From Deltaproteobacteria bacterium (GTDB lineage Bacteria; Myxococcota_A; Polyangia; Fen-1088): a stretch of DNA of 64,000 nucleotides. Below the pieces are notes generated by a model. The model made no database searches. It was given only the letters and a program-made list of their open reading frames with translations, and was not told the DNA's origin. Each line of letters starts with the position of its first letter. Position 1 is the stretch's first letter. The DNA lies in the NCBI GenBank assembly GCA_016935975.1, contig JAFGPX010000259.1:11230-75229 (forward strand). The letters run 5' to 3'. Both the position numbers and the translations under genes were made by a program. Shown here piece by piece: positions 35,573-44,470 of the stretch.

Positions 35573-36340
35573 ATGTCCGCCTGTCCGTCACGCATCGAGA
35601 TCTCGCGCTGGGAAGCCGAGCCCGCGTGCGAGCGCCCCGCCGACTTCACGTCGCACGTGGCGGGGTGTGCCCGCTGCGCGGCAGTGCTCGAGGACATCGG
35701 CAGCGCGCGGTCGTTCCTGCTGGGCGCCGATCCGGAACAGGCCAGCGCGCGCGCCGCCCGGGCCATTGTCGAGAGGGCCCGGCAGCGCCGGGACAAGCGG
35801 CGGTGGTTGCGCATTCTGGCTCCGGCCTTCTTGGTCCCGGCCGCGGCGGCGCTGCTCTTCGCCACGAAGCCGGCACTTTTCCTCGCTGGCCAGGGCGAGC
35901 ACGGCAGCACCGGGGTCAAGGGCGGGCTGGTCCTCGAAACCTACTGCAAGCGCGGCGAGCAGGTGCTGCCTGCGGTGGACGGTCAGGATTTCCTCGCGGG
36001 TGATCGCCTGCGCTTCGCCTACACCTGCGCCCGGCCCGGATACCTCCTGGTGTTCGGTGTCGACGATCAGGGGCGGATCTTCCCCTACTACGAGGAGGGG
36101 GTGCTCGCGGGGGTGTTCGCCGAGGCTGGCGCGCGCGTGCTTCTGCCCGGCTCGGTGGAGTTGGACGGTCACCGGGGCTGGGAGCGCGTTTACGCGCTGT
36201 GGTCAGAGACCCAGTTCCGCGATGACGTCGTGCGCGCGGCGGTGGCCGCTGGACTAGCTGCGGCAGGGAATGACATACGCCGCGTAACAACTCTTGACCT
36301 GCCGGTAGAACAAGTGTCAATGCTACTACGGAGACCCTGA
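35573..36340 (+). CDS. Anti-sigma factor (zinc-finger HxxxCxxC N-terminus, single TM, periplasmic domain)
   Basis: HVAGCARCAAVLED zinc-binding anti-sigma motif, TM helix WLRILAPAFLVPAAAALLFA, and a position immediately downstream of the ECF sigma gene. Confidence 0.65.
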   Translation: MSACPSRIEISRWEAEPACERPADFTSHVAGCARCAAVLEDIGSARSFLLGADPEQASARAARAIVERARQRRDKRRWLRILAPAFLVPAAAALLFATKPALFLAGQGEHGSTGVKGGLVLETYCKRGEQVLPAVDGQDFLAGDRLRFAYTCARPGYLLVFGVDDQGRIFPYYEEGVLAGVFAEAGARVLLPGSVELDGHRGWERVYALWSETQFRDDVVRAAVAAGLAAAGNDIRRVTTLDLPVEQVSMLLRRP

Positions 36341-36341
36341 G

Positions 36342-37889
36342 ATGCGCTGCTTGGGCCTGCTTGTATTGGCGATGGGACTTGGCGTCTGTGCCACGCCAGC
36401 GTGGGCCGAGTCCGGCCAGGTTCGTTTCGGGCTCGTTGCGGGCAACAACCTGGGCCGCGATCCGGCGCGCACCTTGCGCTATGCCGAGGAGGAAGTTGGA
36501 CGACTCTCCGATCTGCTCAGGAGCAGTGGTGACTTCGACGAGGTGGTGACCTTGCGCGGGGCCAGCAAGGCCGAGATCGAAGCGGCCTTGGTGCAAATGC
36601 AGCAGCGGCTCGAGGCCGCCAGGCGCAGCGGCCGCCAGACCCTCTTCCTTTTCTACTACTCCGGGCATGGGGACAACGATGCTCTGGAGATCGGCTCCGA
36701 GCGCTTGCTGCTGCGCGACCTTCGCACGTTTCTGGAACGGCTGAAGTCGGCCGATGTGCGCGTGGCGTTCGTCGATGCGTGCCAGTCCGGCGCCCTGACC
36801 GGCGTGAAGGGCGGCAGGCGCACGCCCGGCTACGAGGTGCGTTTGGCCGACCCCGGACGCGTCAAGGGCATGGCCATCGTCACCTCTTCCACGGCCAACG
36901 AGCTGTCGCAAGAGTCGGATGACCTGCGGGGCTCCTTCTTCAGCCAGAGCATCATGGCCGGGCTGCGCGGCGCCGCGGACACCTCGCGCGACGGACAAGT
37001 GACCCTGGGCGAGGTCTACCAGTTCGCCTTCAACCGCACCCTGTCGAGCACGGCTGCCAACCTGACCGGTGGCCAGCACCCGACCTACGACTACCGCATG
37101 GCCGGTGCCGGCGAGGTCGTGCTGACGCGCACGCGGCCCCGGGACGCGCGCCTCGCCTTCGTGCGCGAGGCCGGAGCGACCTACGCGGTGGTCAGCCGCA
37201 GCAGCGGCGACGTGCTGGCCGAGGTGACGTCGAGCCCGAACGAGGACTTGTACCTGGCCGTGCCCGCCGGCGAGTACCGCTTCGTGCGGCGTACGATCGG
37301 CGAGGTTCGCGAACGCACCCTCGCGCTGGCGCCCGGCAGCGTGACCGTGGTCGAGCCGAGCGGCATGGTGAAGGTGGAACAGCCGAACGCACGCAGCAAG
37401 AGCGCGGAGATCGAGCTACGCAACCAGCTCGGGGCCTACGCCGGCCTCAGCACCTCGGTCGTCCCGGGCAGTCCCGCCTACGTCGGCACGCTGGCCTTGG
37501 CCTTCGCGCGGGATCTCGGCGCCTTTGCCCTGCGCGGGCGGGCCAGCGTGTCTTCCTTCGATGCTCAGCAGAACGTGTATCGTTCGACGCTTCTGCGGGC
37601 CGGGGTGAGCGTGGACTTGCTGCTGCCCGTGCTGCGGGTCTCCCGGTTCTCGGTGGGTCTCGGTCCCAGCGTGGGAATGCCGATCGCGCGCCAGGAGGAC
37701 ATGTTCGGCACGGTCACCAGTTCCTTCGGTCTGAGCTATGGCGCGGCGTTGGTCCTGAACGCGAGGCTCTACGGCAGGACCTGGCTTTCCCTCAGTCTCG
37801 ATGGCGGGGGTGAGGTCTTCCGTCTCGACGGGCAACGCGTCCATCGCGCCACGGGCAGCGCGTTGCTTGGCGCCGTGTTGAGCCTCTGA
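36342..37889 (+). CDS. Secreted caspase-like (peptidase C14) protein with C-terminal beta-barrel-like domain
   Basis: Signal peptide MRCLGLLVLAMGLGVCATPAWA; C14 His-Cys dyad (H109 in FLFYYSGHGDND, C147 in VAFVDACQSG); C-terminal 180 aa with alternating hydrophobic pattern; start 2 nt after the anti-sigma stop. Confidence 0.7.
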   Translation: MRCLGLLVLAMGLGVCATPAWAESGQVRFGLVAGNNLGRDPARTLRYAEEEVGRLSDLLRSSGDFDEVVTLRGASKAEIEAALVQMQQRLEAARRSGRQTLFLFYYSGHGDNDALEIGSERLLLRDLRTFLERLKSADVRVAFVDACQSGALTGVKGGRRTPGYEVRLADPGRVKGMAIVTSSTANELSQESDDLRGSFFSQSIMAGLRGAADTSRDGQVTLGEVYQFAFNRTLSSTAANLTGGQHPTYDYRMAGAGEVVLTRTRPRDARLAFVREAGATYAVVSRSSGDVLAEVTSSPNEDLYLAVPAGEYRFVRRTIGEVRERTLALAPGSVTVVEPSGMVKVEQPNARSKSAEIELRNQLGAYAGLSTSVVPGSPAYVGTLALAFARDLGAFALRGRASVSSFDAQQNVYRSTLLRAGVSVDLLLPVLRVSRFSVGLGPSVGMPIARQEDMFGTVTSSFGLSYGAALVLNARLYGRTWLSLSLDGGGEVFRLDGQRVHRATGSALLGAVLSL

Positions 37890-38176
37890 TCGGGGGCGCA
37901 CGGGGCCGGGCACTTTCCCAAGGCCCGGACATGTCCGGCACGCGGACACTTCCGGAAGGGGCGTGTACAAGGACCCTGACCTCGTGTACAGTGCACGCGA
38001 GCTTGTTGAGGGTGCCCGTCCTTTCTGTTGGTGACCGCATTCGTGGGGTTCCCACCCCTTGCCGTTCGCTTGTTGGCAAGGGCGAAGAGCCACCCAAGGG
38101 GTGGTCATGCACAGAAGGAGCAGCACCACGCACGTTTGGGGCGCCAAGCCCCTGGTTTCCAACCTTGGGAGTGACC

Positions 38177-40018
38177 ATGTTGCGCACAATGAGATTGACG
38201 GCCTTTCTCGGAACCATCCTCGTGGCAAGCGCGGCGCTGGCGGCGGAGCCGAGCAAGCCCGCCTCCGACGACAAAGCCGCGGAGAGCGGCAAGGCAGGAA
38301 CCCCAACCCCCGCTCCGACCGCGACTCCGGCGGCTGCGCCCGCCCCGGCCGCTCCGGCGGCGACTCCGGCCGCCACGCCCGCCCGGGCCGCGGTGCCGCC
38401 GCCGCCTCCTCCTCCCCCGCCCGAAGCCGATGAGGCGTCCGAGTCAGAGGCCGCTCCGGTCAAGGCCCGGAAGAAGCGGACGATCGGCTCGGCGGGTATG
38501 GATACACAGAGCACGACCATCGGCGGCGCCGTGGATCTGGGCGATGCCGCCGCGGAGAAGGACTGGCGCTTCAAGTTCAAGGGTTTCTTCCGCGCGCCCA
38601 TGCGCCTGGGTATCGACGCCAGCGGTAGCCTGACGCCGGGCGAGATGCAATACCATGCGCCGCCCGTGGTGCCCGACGGCAACTACACGCGCTGGTCGTA
38701 CACCAACCTCAATCCCGGCCCGTGGGCCGAGTTGCTTTTCCAGTACGGCAATCAGCAGGTCATGATGACCACGTCGATCGCCAGCTACAACATCACCACG
38801 GGCGGCTGGCGCGAACTGCAGGATCAGCTCGGCATCGATCGCGCCTTCTTGACTCTCAAGTTCCCCGAGGCGCTCGGCGATATCGGCGGCATGGCCTTCG
38901 ACGTGGGCATCTTCCAGAACGCCTACGGCGCCGCCGGCAAGTACGACGCCGGCGAGTACGAAACCTACGTCATCGGTCGTACCCGCATGGCCGGCGTGAC
39001 GGCGACCGCGGACTTGGAAGTCGCCGACGACGTCAAGGTCATCTTCGAGGGCGGCGGTGGGGCCAAGGTCGATCAGCAGTACCAGCGCTACGAGAGCGGT
39101 GCCGCGACCTACGACTACCCGACGTGGATGCCCTATCCGGGGAACAAGACTCAGCAGGGCACCAACATCCTCGTGCACGGTCACGCCGGTGCCCTGCTTC
39201 GGGGCGTCTTGATGGCGCAGGCCCACTACATCGGCTCCTTCGTCAAGGACAAGCGCTGGAATGTCGGCACCACGGGCGGCACATCGGGGACCTTTCCCGC
39301 CGACGGCACCGTTCCGGGCTACGGCTATATCCAGGTCGCCGGCATTGACCTGAAGCTCAATGGCGGCTGGATGGGCGACGGCTATCTCGGCTACTCCTAC
39401 ATCAAAGCGAAGAACGCCCTCACCATCAACGATTCGATCGAGGTGCTCCATTCGCAGGGCGGCTGGCAGTTCACGCAGAACTACTTCCCCACGGAATACG
39501 CGGCCGGGGTGGGTGGCAACGGCGAGATTCATACCATCGGTGGTCAGTACACCTTCAGCTTGGCTGGCTTCATGATGCGTCCCCGTCCGTTCTGGGGTCA
39601 GGCCGTCGACGTCACGATTCGTCCGTACTTCATGTACAACAAGGTCGTGGGGACGCCGGGCGGCGCGGACGACGTGACCAAGTTCAAGGGCGGCCTCGAT
39701 CTCCTGTATTCCTTCATGCCGATGATGGCGGCCGGTCTGCGCCTCGACAGCGTGAATCCGAACATGGACAACAGCGAGCAGACCTTCTACGTCGTCTCGC
39801 CCCGCCTGGTCTTCCGCAGCGAGTTCGTCACCCACGAGGCCGTCGTGTTGCAGTACTCGTTCTACAAGTACGGTGCGGCCTACACCGATCCAGCCAAGTC
39901 GGCCGCGGTGATGCCATGGCCTTATGGCCAGTACGGCACGTGGAGCATCGGCTCGGCCGGGCTCAACATGCAGCCCGACAAGCACGTGCTCTCGCTGTGG
40001 GCCCAGATGTGGTGGTAG
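38177..40018 (+). CDS. Secreted putative outer-membrane beta-barrel protein with Pro/Ala-rich N-terminal linker
   Basis: Signal peptide (MLRTMRLTAFLGTILVASAALA), PAPTATPAAAPAPAAP...PPPPPPPPP linker, Gly/Tyr/Trp-rich beta-strand pattern and aromatic C-terminus (WAQMWW). The track ORF starts at 37931 but its first 82 aa lie in palindrome-rich non-coding-looking DNA. Confidence 0.6.
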   Translation: MLRTMRLTAFLGTILVASAALAAEPSKPASDDKAAESGKAGTPTPAPTATPAAAPAPAAPAATPAATPARAAVPPPPPPPPPEADEASESEAAPVKARKKRTIGSAGMDTQSTTIGGAVDLGDAAAEKDWRFKFKGFFRAPMRLGIDASGSLTPGEMQYHAPPVVPDGNYTRWSYTNLNPGPWAELLFQYGNQQVMMTTSIASYNITTGGWRELQDQLGIDRAFLTLKFPEALGDIGGMAFDVGIFQNAYGAAGKYDAGEYETYVIGRTRMAGVTATADLEVADDVKVIFEGGGGAKVDQQYQRYESGAATYDYPTWMPYPGNKTQQGTNILVHGHAGALLRGVLMAQAHYIGSFVKDKRWNVGTTGGTSGTFPADGTVPGYGYIQVAGIDLKLNGGWMGDGYLGYSYIKAKNALTINDSIEVLHSQGGWQFTQNYFPTEYAAGVGGNGEIHTIGGQYTFSLAGFMMRPRPFWGQAVDVTIRPYFMYNKVVGTPGGADDVTKFKGGLDLLYSFMPMMAAGLRLDSVNPNMDNSEQTFYVVSPRLVFRSEFVTHEAVVLQYSFYKYGAAYTDPAKSAAVMPWPYGQYGTWSIGSAGLNMQPDKHVLSLWAQMWW

Positions 40019-40022
40019 GCCG

Positions 40023-41924
40023 ATGACGGCCGGCAGGCTGCTGCCGTGCCTCCTCGGGGTGGCGGCCTGCGTTCCCGTGGCGCAGAGCGGGCGTGGCCCA
40101 GGCGGCACGGCCGGTCCACCCGCGAGCGGCAAGACCGGCCAGGGGAACCAGCCAGCCGGCCCGCAGGCCGAGGCTCAGGGCGAAGCCAAGGTTCTGGTCA
40201 ACCAGGTCGGCTACTTCCCGGACCTGGCCAAGGTGGCGGTGGTGCGCGCGGAGGCCCAGCAGCCGCTCGAGTGGAAACTCCTGGCCGGGTGTGACCGCGA
40301 GGTGGCCTTCGGCAAGACGCAGCCAGCCGGGCGGGATGTGCCCGCGGGCGAGCATGTGCACGTCATCGACTTCTCGCCCTGGAAGGGCACGGGCGAGGGC
40401 TTCGTGCTCGCCGTGGGCGCCGACCGCAGCCGGCCCTTCGCGATCGGTACCGGGATCTACCGCAAGCTCAAGTACGACGCGCTGGCGTACTTCTATCACA
40501 ATCGTTCCGGCCTCGAGATCGCCATGCCCTTTGCCGGGGGAGATCCGTGGACGCGGCCCGCCGGCCATCTTTCCGACAAGAGCGTGCCCTGCCTGCCCGA
40601 CTCGGGCTGCGACTACTCGCTCGACGTGACCGGCGGCTGGTACGACGCGGGCGATCACGGCAAGTACGTGGTCAATGGCGGCATCTCGGTGTGGACCCTG
40701 CTCAATCTGTACGAACGGGCGGTGCATGTCGGCAAGTCGGCGGCGGCGCTGGCCGACGGGACCATGAACATCCCGGAGGCGGGCAACAAGGTCGCCGATC
40801 TGCTCGACGAGGTTCGCTGGGAGATCGAGTTCTTGCTCAAGATGCAGGTGCCCGACGGCCAGCCGCTGGCGGGCATGGTCCACCACAAGGTGCACGACGA
40901 GAAATGGACGGCGTTGCCGCTTCCGCCCCACGAAGATCCGATGCCTCGCTTTCTGCACCCGCCGTCCACCGCGGCGACGTTGAACCTGGCAGCGGTTGCC
41001 GCGCAAGCCGGCCGCATCTGGAAGAGTATCGACGGCAAGTTCGCCGCGCGTTGTGTGGCGGCGGCCGAGAAGGCCTGGGCCGCGGCCGTGGCAAACCCGG
41101 CCGTCCTGGCCAAGCCGGGAGGGGTCGGCGGCGGCCCCTACGAGGACAAGCACGTCGAGGACGAGTTCTACTGGGCGGCGGCCGAGCTCCACATCACCAG
41201 CAGACGCCCGAAGTACCGGGAGTTTCTGGCCTCCTCGCCGGACTACCTCAAGGTCAGGACACGAATGGGCGAGGGCGAGGGCGACGGTATCCCCTCGAGC
41301 ATGACCTGGCAGGACGTGGCGGCGCTAGGGACCCTCTCGCTGGCCGTGGTGCCGCGCGCGCTGCCGGCCGCGCAGAGGAAGACCGCGCGCGCTGCCGTGG
41401 TGGCGGCCGCGGACGCCTACCTGGCGATTCTCAGGACCCGCGGCTATCGCGTGCCCATCCACTGGGGCCAGAAGAACCAGTCGCCCTGGGGCAGCAACTC
41501 GTTCTTGCTCAACAACCTCATCGTGCTTGGCTTGGCCGCCGACTTCACCGACGGCCGCAAGTACACGAACGCCGTGGTCGCGGGCATGGACTACATCCTC
41601 GGCCGCAACGCTTTGGAGCAGTGCTACGTGACGGGCTACGGGGGCAAACCTCTCGAAAACCCGCACCATCGCTTCTGGGCCCACCAGAAAGACCCGAAGT
41701 TCCCGCACGCGCCGCCCGGGGCGGTTTCCGGGGGTCCCAACTCGGGGCTGCAAGATCCCTACGCAAAAGCAGCCGGCTTGCAGGGTTGCGCCCCCGACCG
41801 CTGTTTCGCCGACCACATCGAATCGTGGTCCACCAACGAGGTCGCCATCAACTGGAACGCGCCCCTTGCCTGGGTGCTGTTCTATCTCGACGAAAAGGGC
41901 GGCGCCGGGCGAGCCGGCAAGTAG
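40023..41924 (+). CDS. Glycoside hydrolase family 9 endoglucanase with N-terminal Ig-like (CelD_N) domain; probable lipoprotein
   Basis: GH9 signatures (GGWYDAGDHGKY, catalytic region HRFWAHQKD...NEVAINWNAPL); N-terminal LLPCLLGVAACVP lipobox-like sequence. Confidence 0.8.
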   Translation: MTAGRLLPCLLGVAACVPVAQSGRGPGGTAGPPASGKTGQGNQPAGPQAEAQGEAKVLVNQVGYFPDLAKVAVVRAEAQQPLEWKLLAGCDREVAFGKTQPAGRDVPAGEHVHVIDFSPWKGTGEGFVLAVGADRSRPFAIGTGIYRKLKYDALAYFYHNRSGLEIAMPFAGGDPWTRPAGHLSDKSVPCLPDSGCDYSLDVTGGWYDAGDHGKYVVNGGISVWTLLNLYERAVHVGKSAAALADGTMNIPEAGNKVADLLDEVRWEIEFLLKMQVPDGQPLAGMVHHKVHDEKWTALPLPPHEDPMPRFLHPPSTAATLNLAAVAAQAGRIWKSIDGKFAARCVAAAEKAWAAAVANPAVLAKPGGVGGGPYEDKHVEDEFYWAAAELHITSRRPKYREFLASSPDYLKVRTRMGEGEGDGIPSSMTWQDVAALGTLSLAVVPRALPAAQRKTARAAVVAAADAYLAILRTRGYRVPIHWGQKNQSPWGSNSFLLNNLIVLGLAADFTDGRKYTNAVVAGMDYILGRNALEQCYVTGYGGKPLENPHHRFWAHQKDPKFPHAPPGAVSGGPNSGLQDPYAKAAGLQGCAPDRCFADHIESWSTNEVAINWNAPLAWVLFYLDEKGGAGRAGK

Positions 41925-41992
41925 GCGGGGATGTCTGTCGGCAGCCGGGCACCGGAGGGTGGTGAGAAACGAGGGTGGGGTGCAATCCCGGT

Positions 41993-42090
41993 CCTGAAGG
42001 CAAGACAGGGAGGAGGAGAGAAGCAGAGGTGGACAGGAATTGCGGAATGGCGTTGATTCTTCGGCTCTGTTCCTCTGGTTCTTCCTGTTG
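41993..42090. repeat. Palindromic element copy D, between the GH9 stop and the cysE start
   Basis: CCTGAAGGCAAGACAGGGAGGAGGAGAGAAGCAGAGGTGGACAGG...CGGCTCTGTTCCTCTGGTTCTTCCTGTTG. The right arm is nearly identical to copy A's right arm. Confidence 0.6.
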
Positions 42091-42133
42091 AAACTCAGGT
42101 GACCGGCATTGGGGCTGAGAGTAGATTTCAGCC

Positions 42134-43042
42134 ATGCCTGCCGATTTCAAGACGCCTCCCACCCGAGCCCACCGCCAGCTTGCCGAGCGCATCCTGCGCA
42201 TGGGCCGCAAGGCCGGCGAGCCCGCGCTCGCGGGGGCCTTGCCCTCGACGTACGAGGTGGCGTTCATCGTCAACGACTTCCTGTCGCTCGTCCTGCCCGG
42301 CACGCGGCGTACCCGCCTGGTCGAGGGGTCCTCGCGTGCGCGCGCGCGAGAGAGGCTGGCCGAGGTCCTCGCCGATCTCGAGACGCGGTTGGAATCGGCG
42401 TTGCTGCTCACCGCGCACCGGTCGCACGTGGGCAAGGGCGCCGCCAAGGACGGTTGCCTGCGCAAGGCTCGCGCCATCACGGCGAGCACCCTGGTGGCGC
42501 TGCCGGAGCTGCGCTCGCTGCTCGCCGAGGATGTGCGCATCGCCTTCGAGGCGGATCCCGCGGCCACCGGCACCGACGAGGTCATCGCCTGCTATCCCGG
42601 GCTGTACGCTATCGCCATCTACCGTGTCGCGCATCGCTTGCTGCGCGCGGGCGGCGAATTGCTACCGCGCATGATGACCGAGTACGCGCACGGCCGCACC
42701 GGCATCGACATCCACCCCGGCGCCACCATCGGTTCGCCCTTCTTCATCGACCATGGCACCGGCATCGTCATCGGCGAAACCACCCGCATCGGCGACTCCG
42801 TGCGCATCTACCAGGGCGTGACCCTGGGCGCGCTCTCGATCAAGCGGCACAAGGCGTTGACGCCGGCCGGTGGCAAGTCGGCGATTCCCCAGCGCCACCC
42901 CACCATCGAGGACGACGTGGTCATCTACGCCAACGCGACGATTCTCGGTGGCGATACCGTGATCGGCAAGGGCGCCGTGGTTGGCGCCAACGCCTGGATC
43001 ACCTACTCGGTGCCGCCCGGGCGGCGCGTGGGCGGCGGCTAG
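42134..43042 (+). CDS. cysE: Serine O-acetyltransferase
   Basis: SATase N-terminal helical domain plus left-handed beta-helix hexapeptide repeats ([44 protein letters not shown]). Confidence 0.8.
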   Translation: MPADFKTPPTRAHRQLAERILRMGRKAGEPALAGALPSTYEVAFIVNDFLSLVLPGTRRTRLVEGSSRARARERLAEVLADLETRLESALLLTAHRSHVGKGAAKDGCLRKARAITASTLVALPELRSLLAEDVRIAFEADPAATGTDEVIACYPGLYAIAIYRVAHRLLRAGGELLPRMMTEYAHGRTGIDIHPGATIGSPFFIDHGTGIVIGETTRIGDSVRIYQGVTLGALSIKRHKALTPAGGKSAIPQRHPTIEDDVVIYANATILGGDTVIGKGAVVGANAWITYSVPPGRRVGGG

Positions 43043-43062
43043 CTCTGCGCCAGGTCGCGCCG

Positions 43063-44337
43063 ATGGCGATTTCGCCGCGCCTCGTGAGGATCCTGCGCGA
43101 CATCTCCGCGGAGATCCTGGAGGCGCAGAAACCTCTCCGCATGATTCGTGCGTTGGACTGGCCGCCGGAGGTCGCGCGGGACTTCTTCGCCCGCGGCGCG
43201 GTCGTGCTACCCAAGCCGAGCTACGACGTTCCGGCCGGAGTCGGGGATGCGCTGGCGGCTTTCCGGGCACTGTCGCGCCGGCTCGTCGGCGAGAACGAGA
43301 TCGAGCGCTTTCTCTACCGGACATGCGACTCGATGTCGACCGCAGCGCGCATGCTGCTGGCCATCGGCACCCGGGACTTCTACCACCACTCGGTCGAGCT
43401 GTATGGCCATCCCGCCGGGCTCTCGTCGGATCGGCGCACGACCAACCTCGATCTCGCCCGGCACTTCGAGCAGGTGGTGGCGAGCTTCAAATCGCCTCCT
43501 TCACCCGAAGACCAAGCCATGCTGGGTGCGGAGGCCGCGGCGGGCATTCTGCGCGAGCGCTTCGCCGAGTGCTTTCCCGGGCATCCCGTGAAGGTGAAGG
43601 TGGTCAAGCATCTCGCGGGCACGGCCGCGAGCACGCCCACGGAGATCCGCCTTCGGCGCGATGCTCGCTTCTCGCCGCGCGATTTGCGCCTGCTCGAATT
43701 TCACGAGGGCCAGGTGCATATGGCCACCTCGATCAACGGCCGCGCCCAACCCGTCATGGCGTTCATCGGCGCGCCTTCGCCGCGCGCTACGCGCACCCAG
43801 GAGGGCCTGGCCGTTTTCACCGAGTTCGTCACCGGCGCGACCAGCCTGCCGCGCGTTCGGCGCTTGTGCGACCGGACCTTCGCCATCCATGCGGCGGAAG
43901 GCGGCGCCGACTTCGTCGATCTCTACCGTTTCTTCGTCGAGCGCGGATACGACGAGCACGCGGCTTTCGACTGCGCCCGGCGCGTGGTGCGCGGCGGACT
44001 GGTCGGGGGAGGGGCGCCCTTCACGAAGGACGGCTGCTATCTCGATGGTCTTCTGCGCGTGACCAACTTCTTGCGCGCCGCTTTGACCCGCGGGCACAGC
44101 CAACTGGTCAGGCTGCTCTTCGCGGGCAAGCTGGCGGTCGACGACACGCCGCTTTTCGATCGTCTGGCGCGCGAGGGTCTGGTCGCCGAGCCGGTCTATG
44201 TGCCCGCCTGGGCCAGGGATCTGTCGTTTCTGACCGCCTTCATGAGCTACACCGTTTTCCTCGGCAAGAGCGACCTTCTGGCCGAGCAACGCCGTTTGGA
44301 GGACCAGCTGGCGCGCGCCGAGGAGGACTTCCAGTAG
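43063..44337 (+). CDS. DUF1704 'QEGLA-motif' family protein (flavohemoglobin-expression-modulating protein family)
   Basis: Contains the family-defining RTQEGLAVFTEF motif. The track ORF 42109..44337 is the same frame, but its first 318 codons overlap cysE in a different frame, so it is trimmed to the first ATG after cysE. Confidence 0.6.
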   Translation: MAISPRLVRILRDISAEILEAQKPLRMIRALDWPPEVARDFFARGAVVLPKPSYDVPAGVGDALAAFRALSRRLVGENEIERFLYRTCDSMSTAARMLLAIGTRDFYHHSVELYGHPAGLSSDRRTTNLDLARHFEQVVASFKSPPSPEDQAMLGAEAAAGILRERFAECFPGHPVKVKVVKHLAGTAASTPTEIRLRRDARFSPRDLRLLEFHEGQVHMATSINGRAQPVMAFIGAPSPRATRTQEGLAVFTEFVTGATSLPRVRRLCDRTFAIHAAEGGADFVDLYRFFVERGYDEHAAFDCARRVVRGGLVGGGAPFTKDGCYLDGLLRVTNFLRAALTRGHSQLVRLLFAGKLAVDDTPLFDRLAREGLVAEPVYVPAWARDLSFLTAFMSYTVFLGKSDLLAEQRRLEDQLARAEEDFQ

Positions 44338-44340
44338 GAC

Positions 44341-44470
44341 GGGTACGGTGGGAAGGGCGGAGCGCACAGAGGGGACAGGGAGGGCGCGGGGAGGGAAAGC
44401 GCCGGGTTTGGCGAGAGCTACGCCTTACCCGGCTCAGCGCTCTCCGCTCGCTCTGCGCCCTCTCCGGTCC
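44341..44470. repeat. Palindromic element copy F (degenerate); its pyrimidine arm runs into the 3' end of lipA
   Basis: GGGAAGGGCGGAGCGCACAGAGGGGACAGGGAGGGCGCGGGGAGGGAAAGCGCC... then GCTCTCCGCTCGCTCTGCGCCCTCTCCGG inside the lipA C-terminal codons. It resembles the TIR of copy G. Confidence 0.4.

Noticed and set aside
42109-43062. N-terminal 318 codons of the 742-aa track ORF 42109-44337.
   Set aside because: They overlap cysE, which has unmistakable hexapeptide-repeat signatures, in a different frame. The DUF1704 protein begins at the first ATG after the cysE stop (43063).
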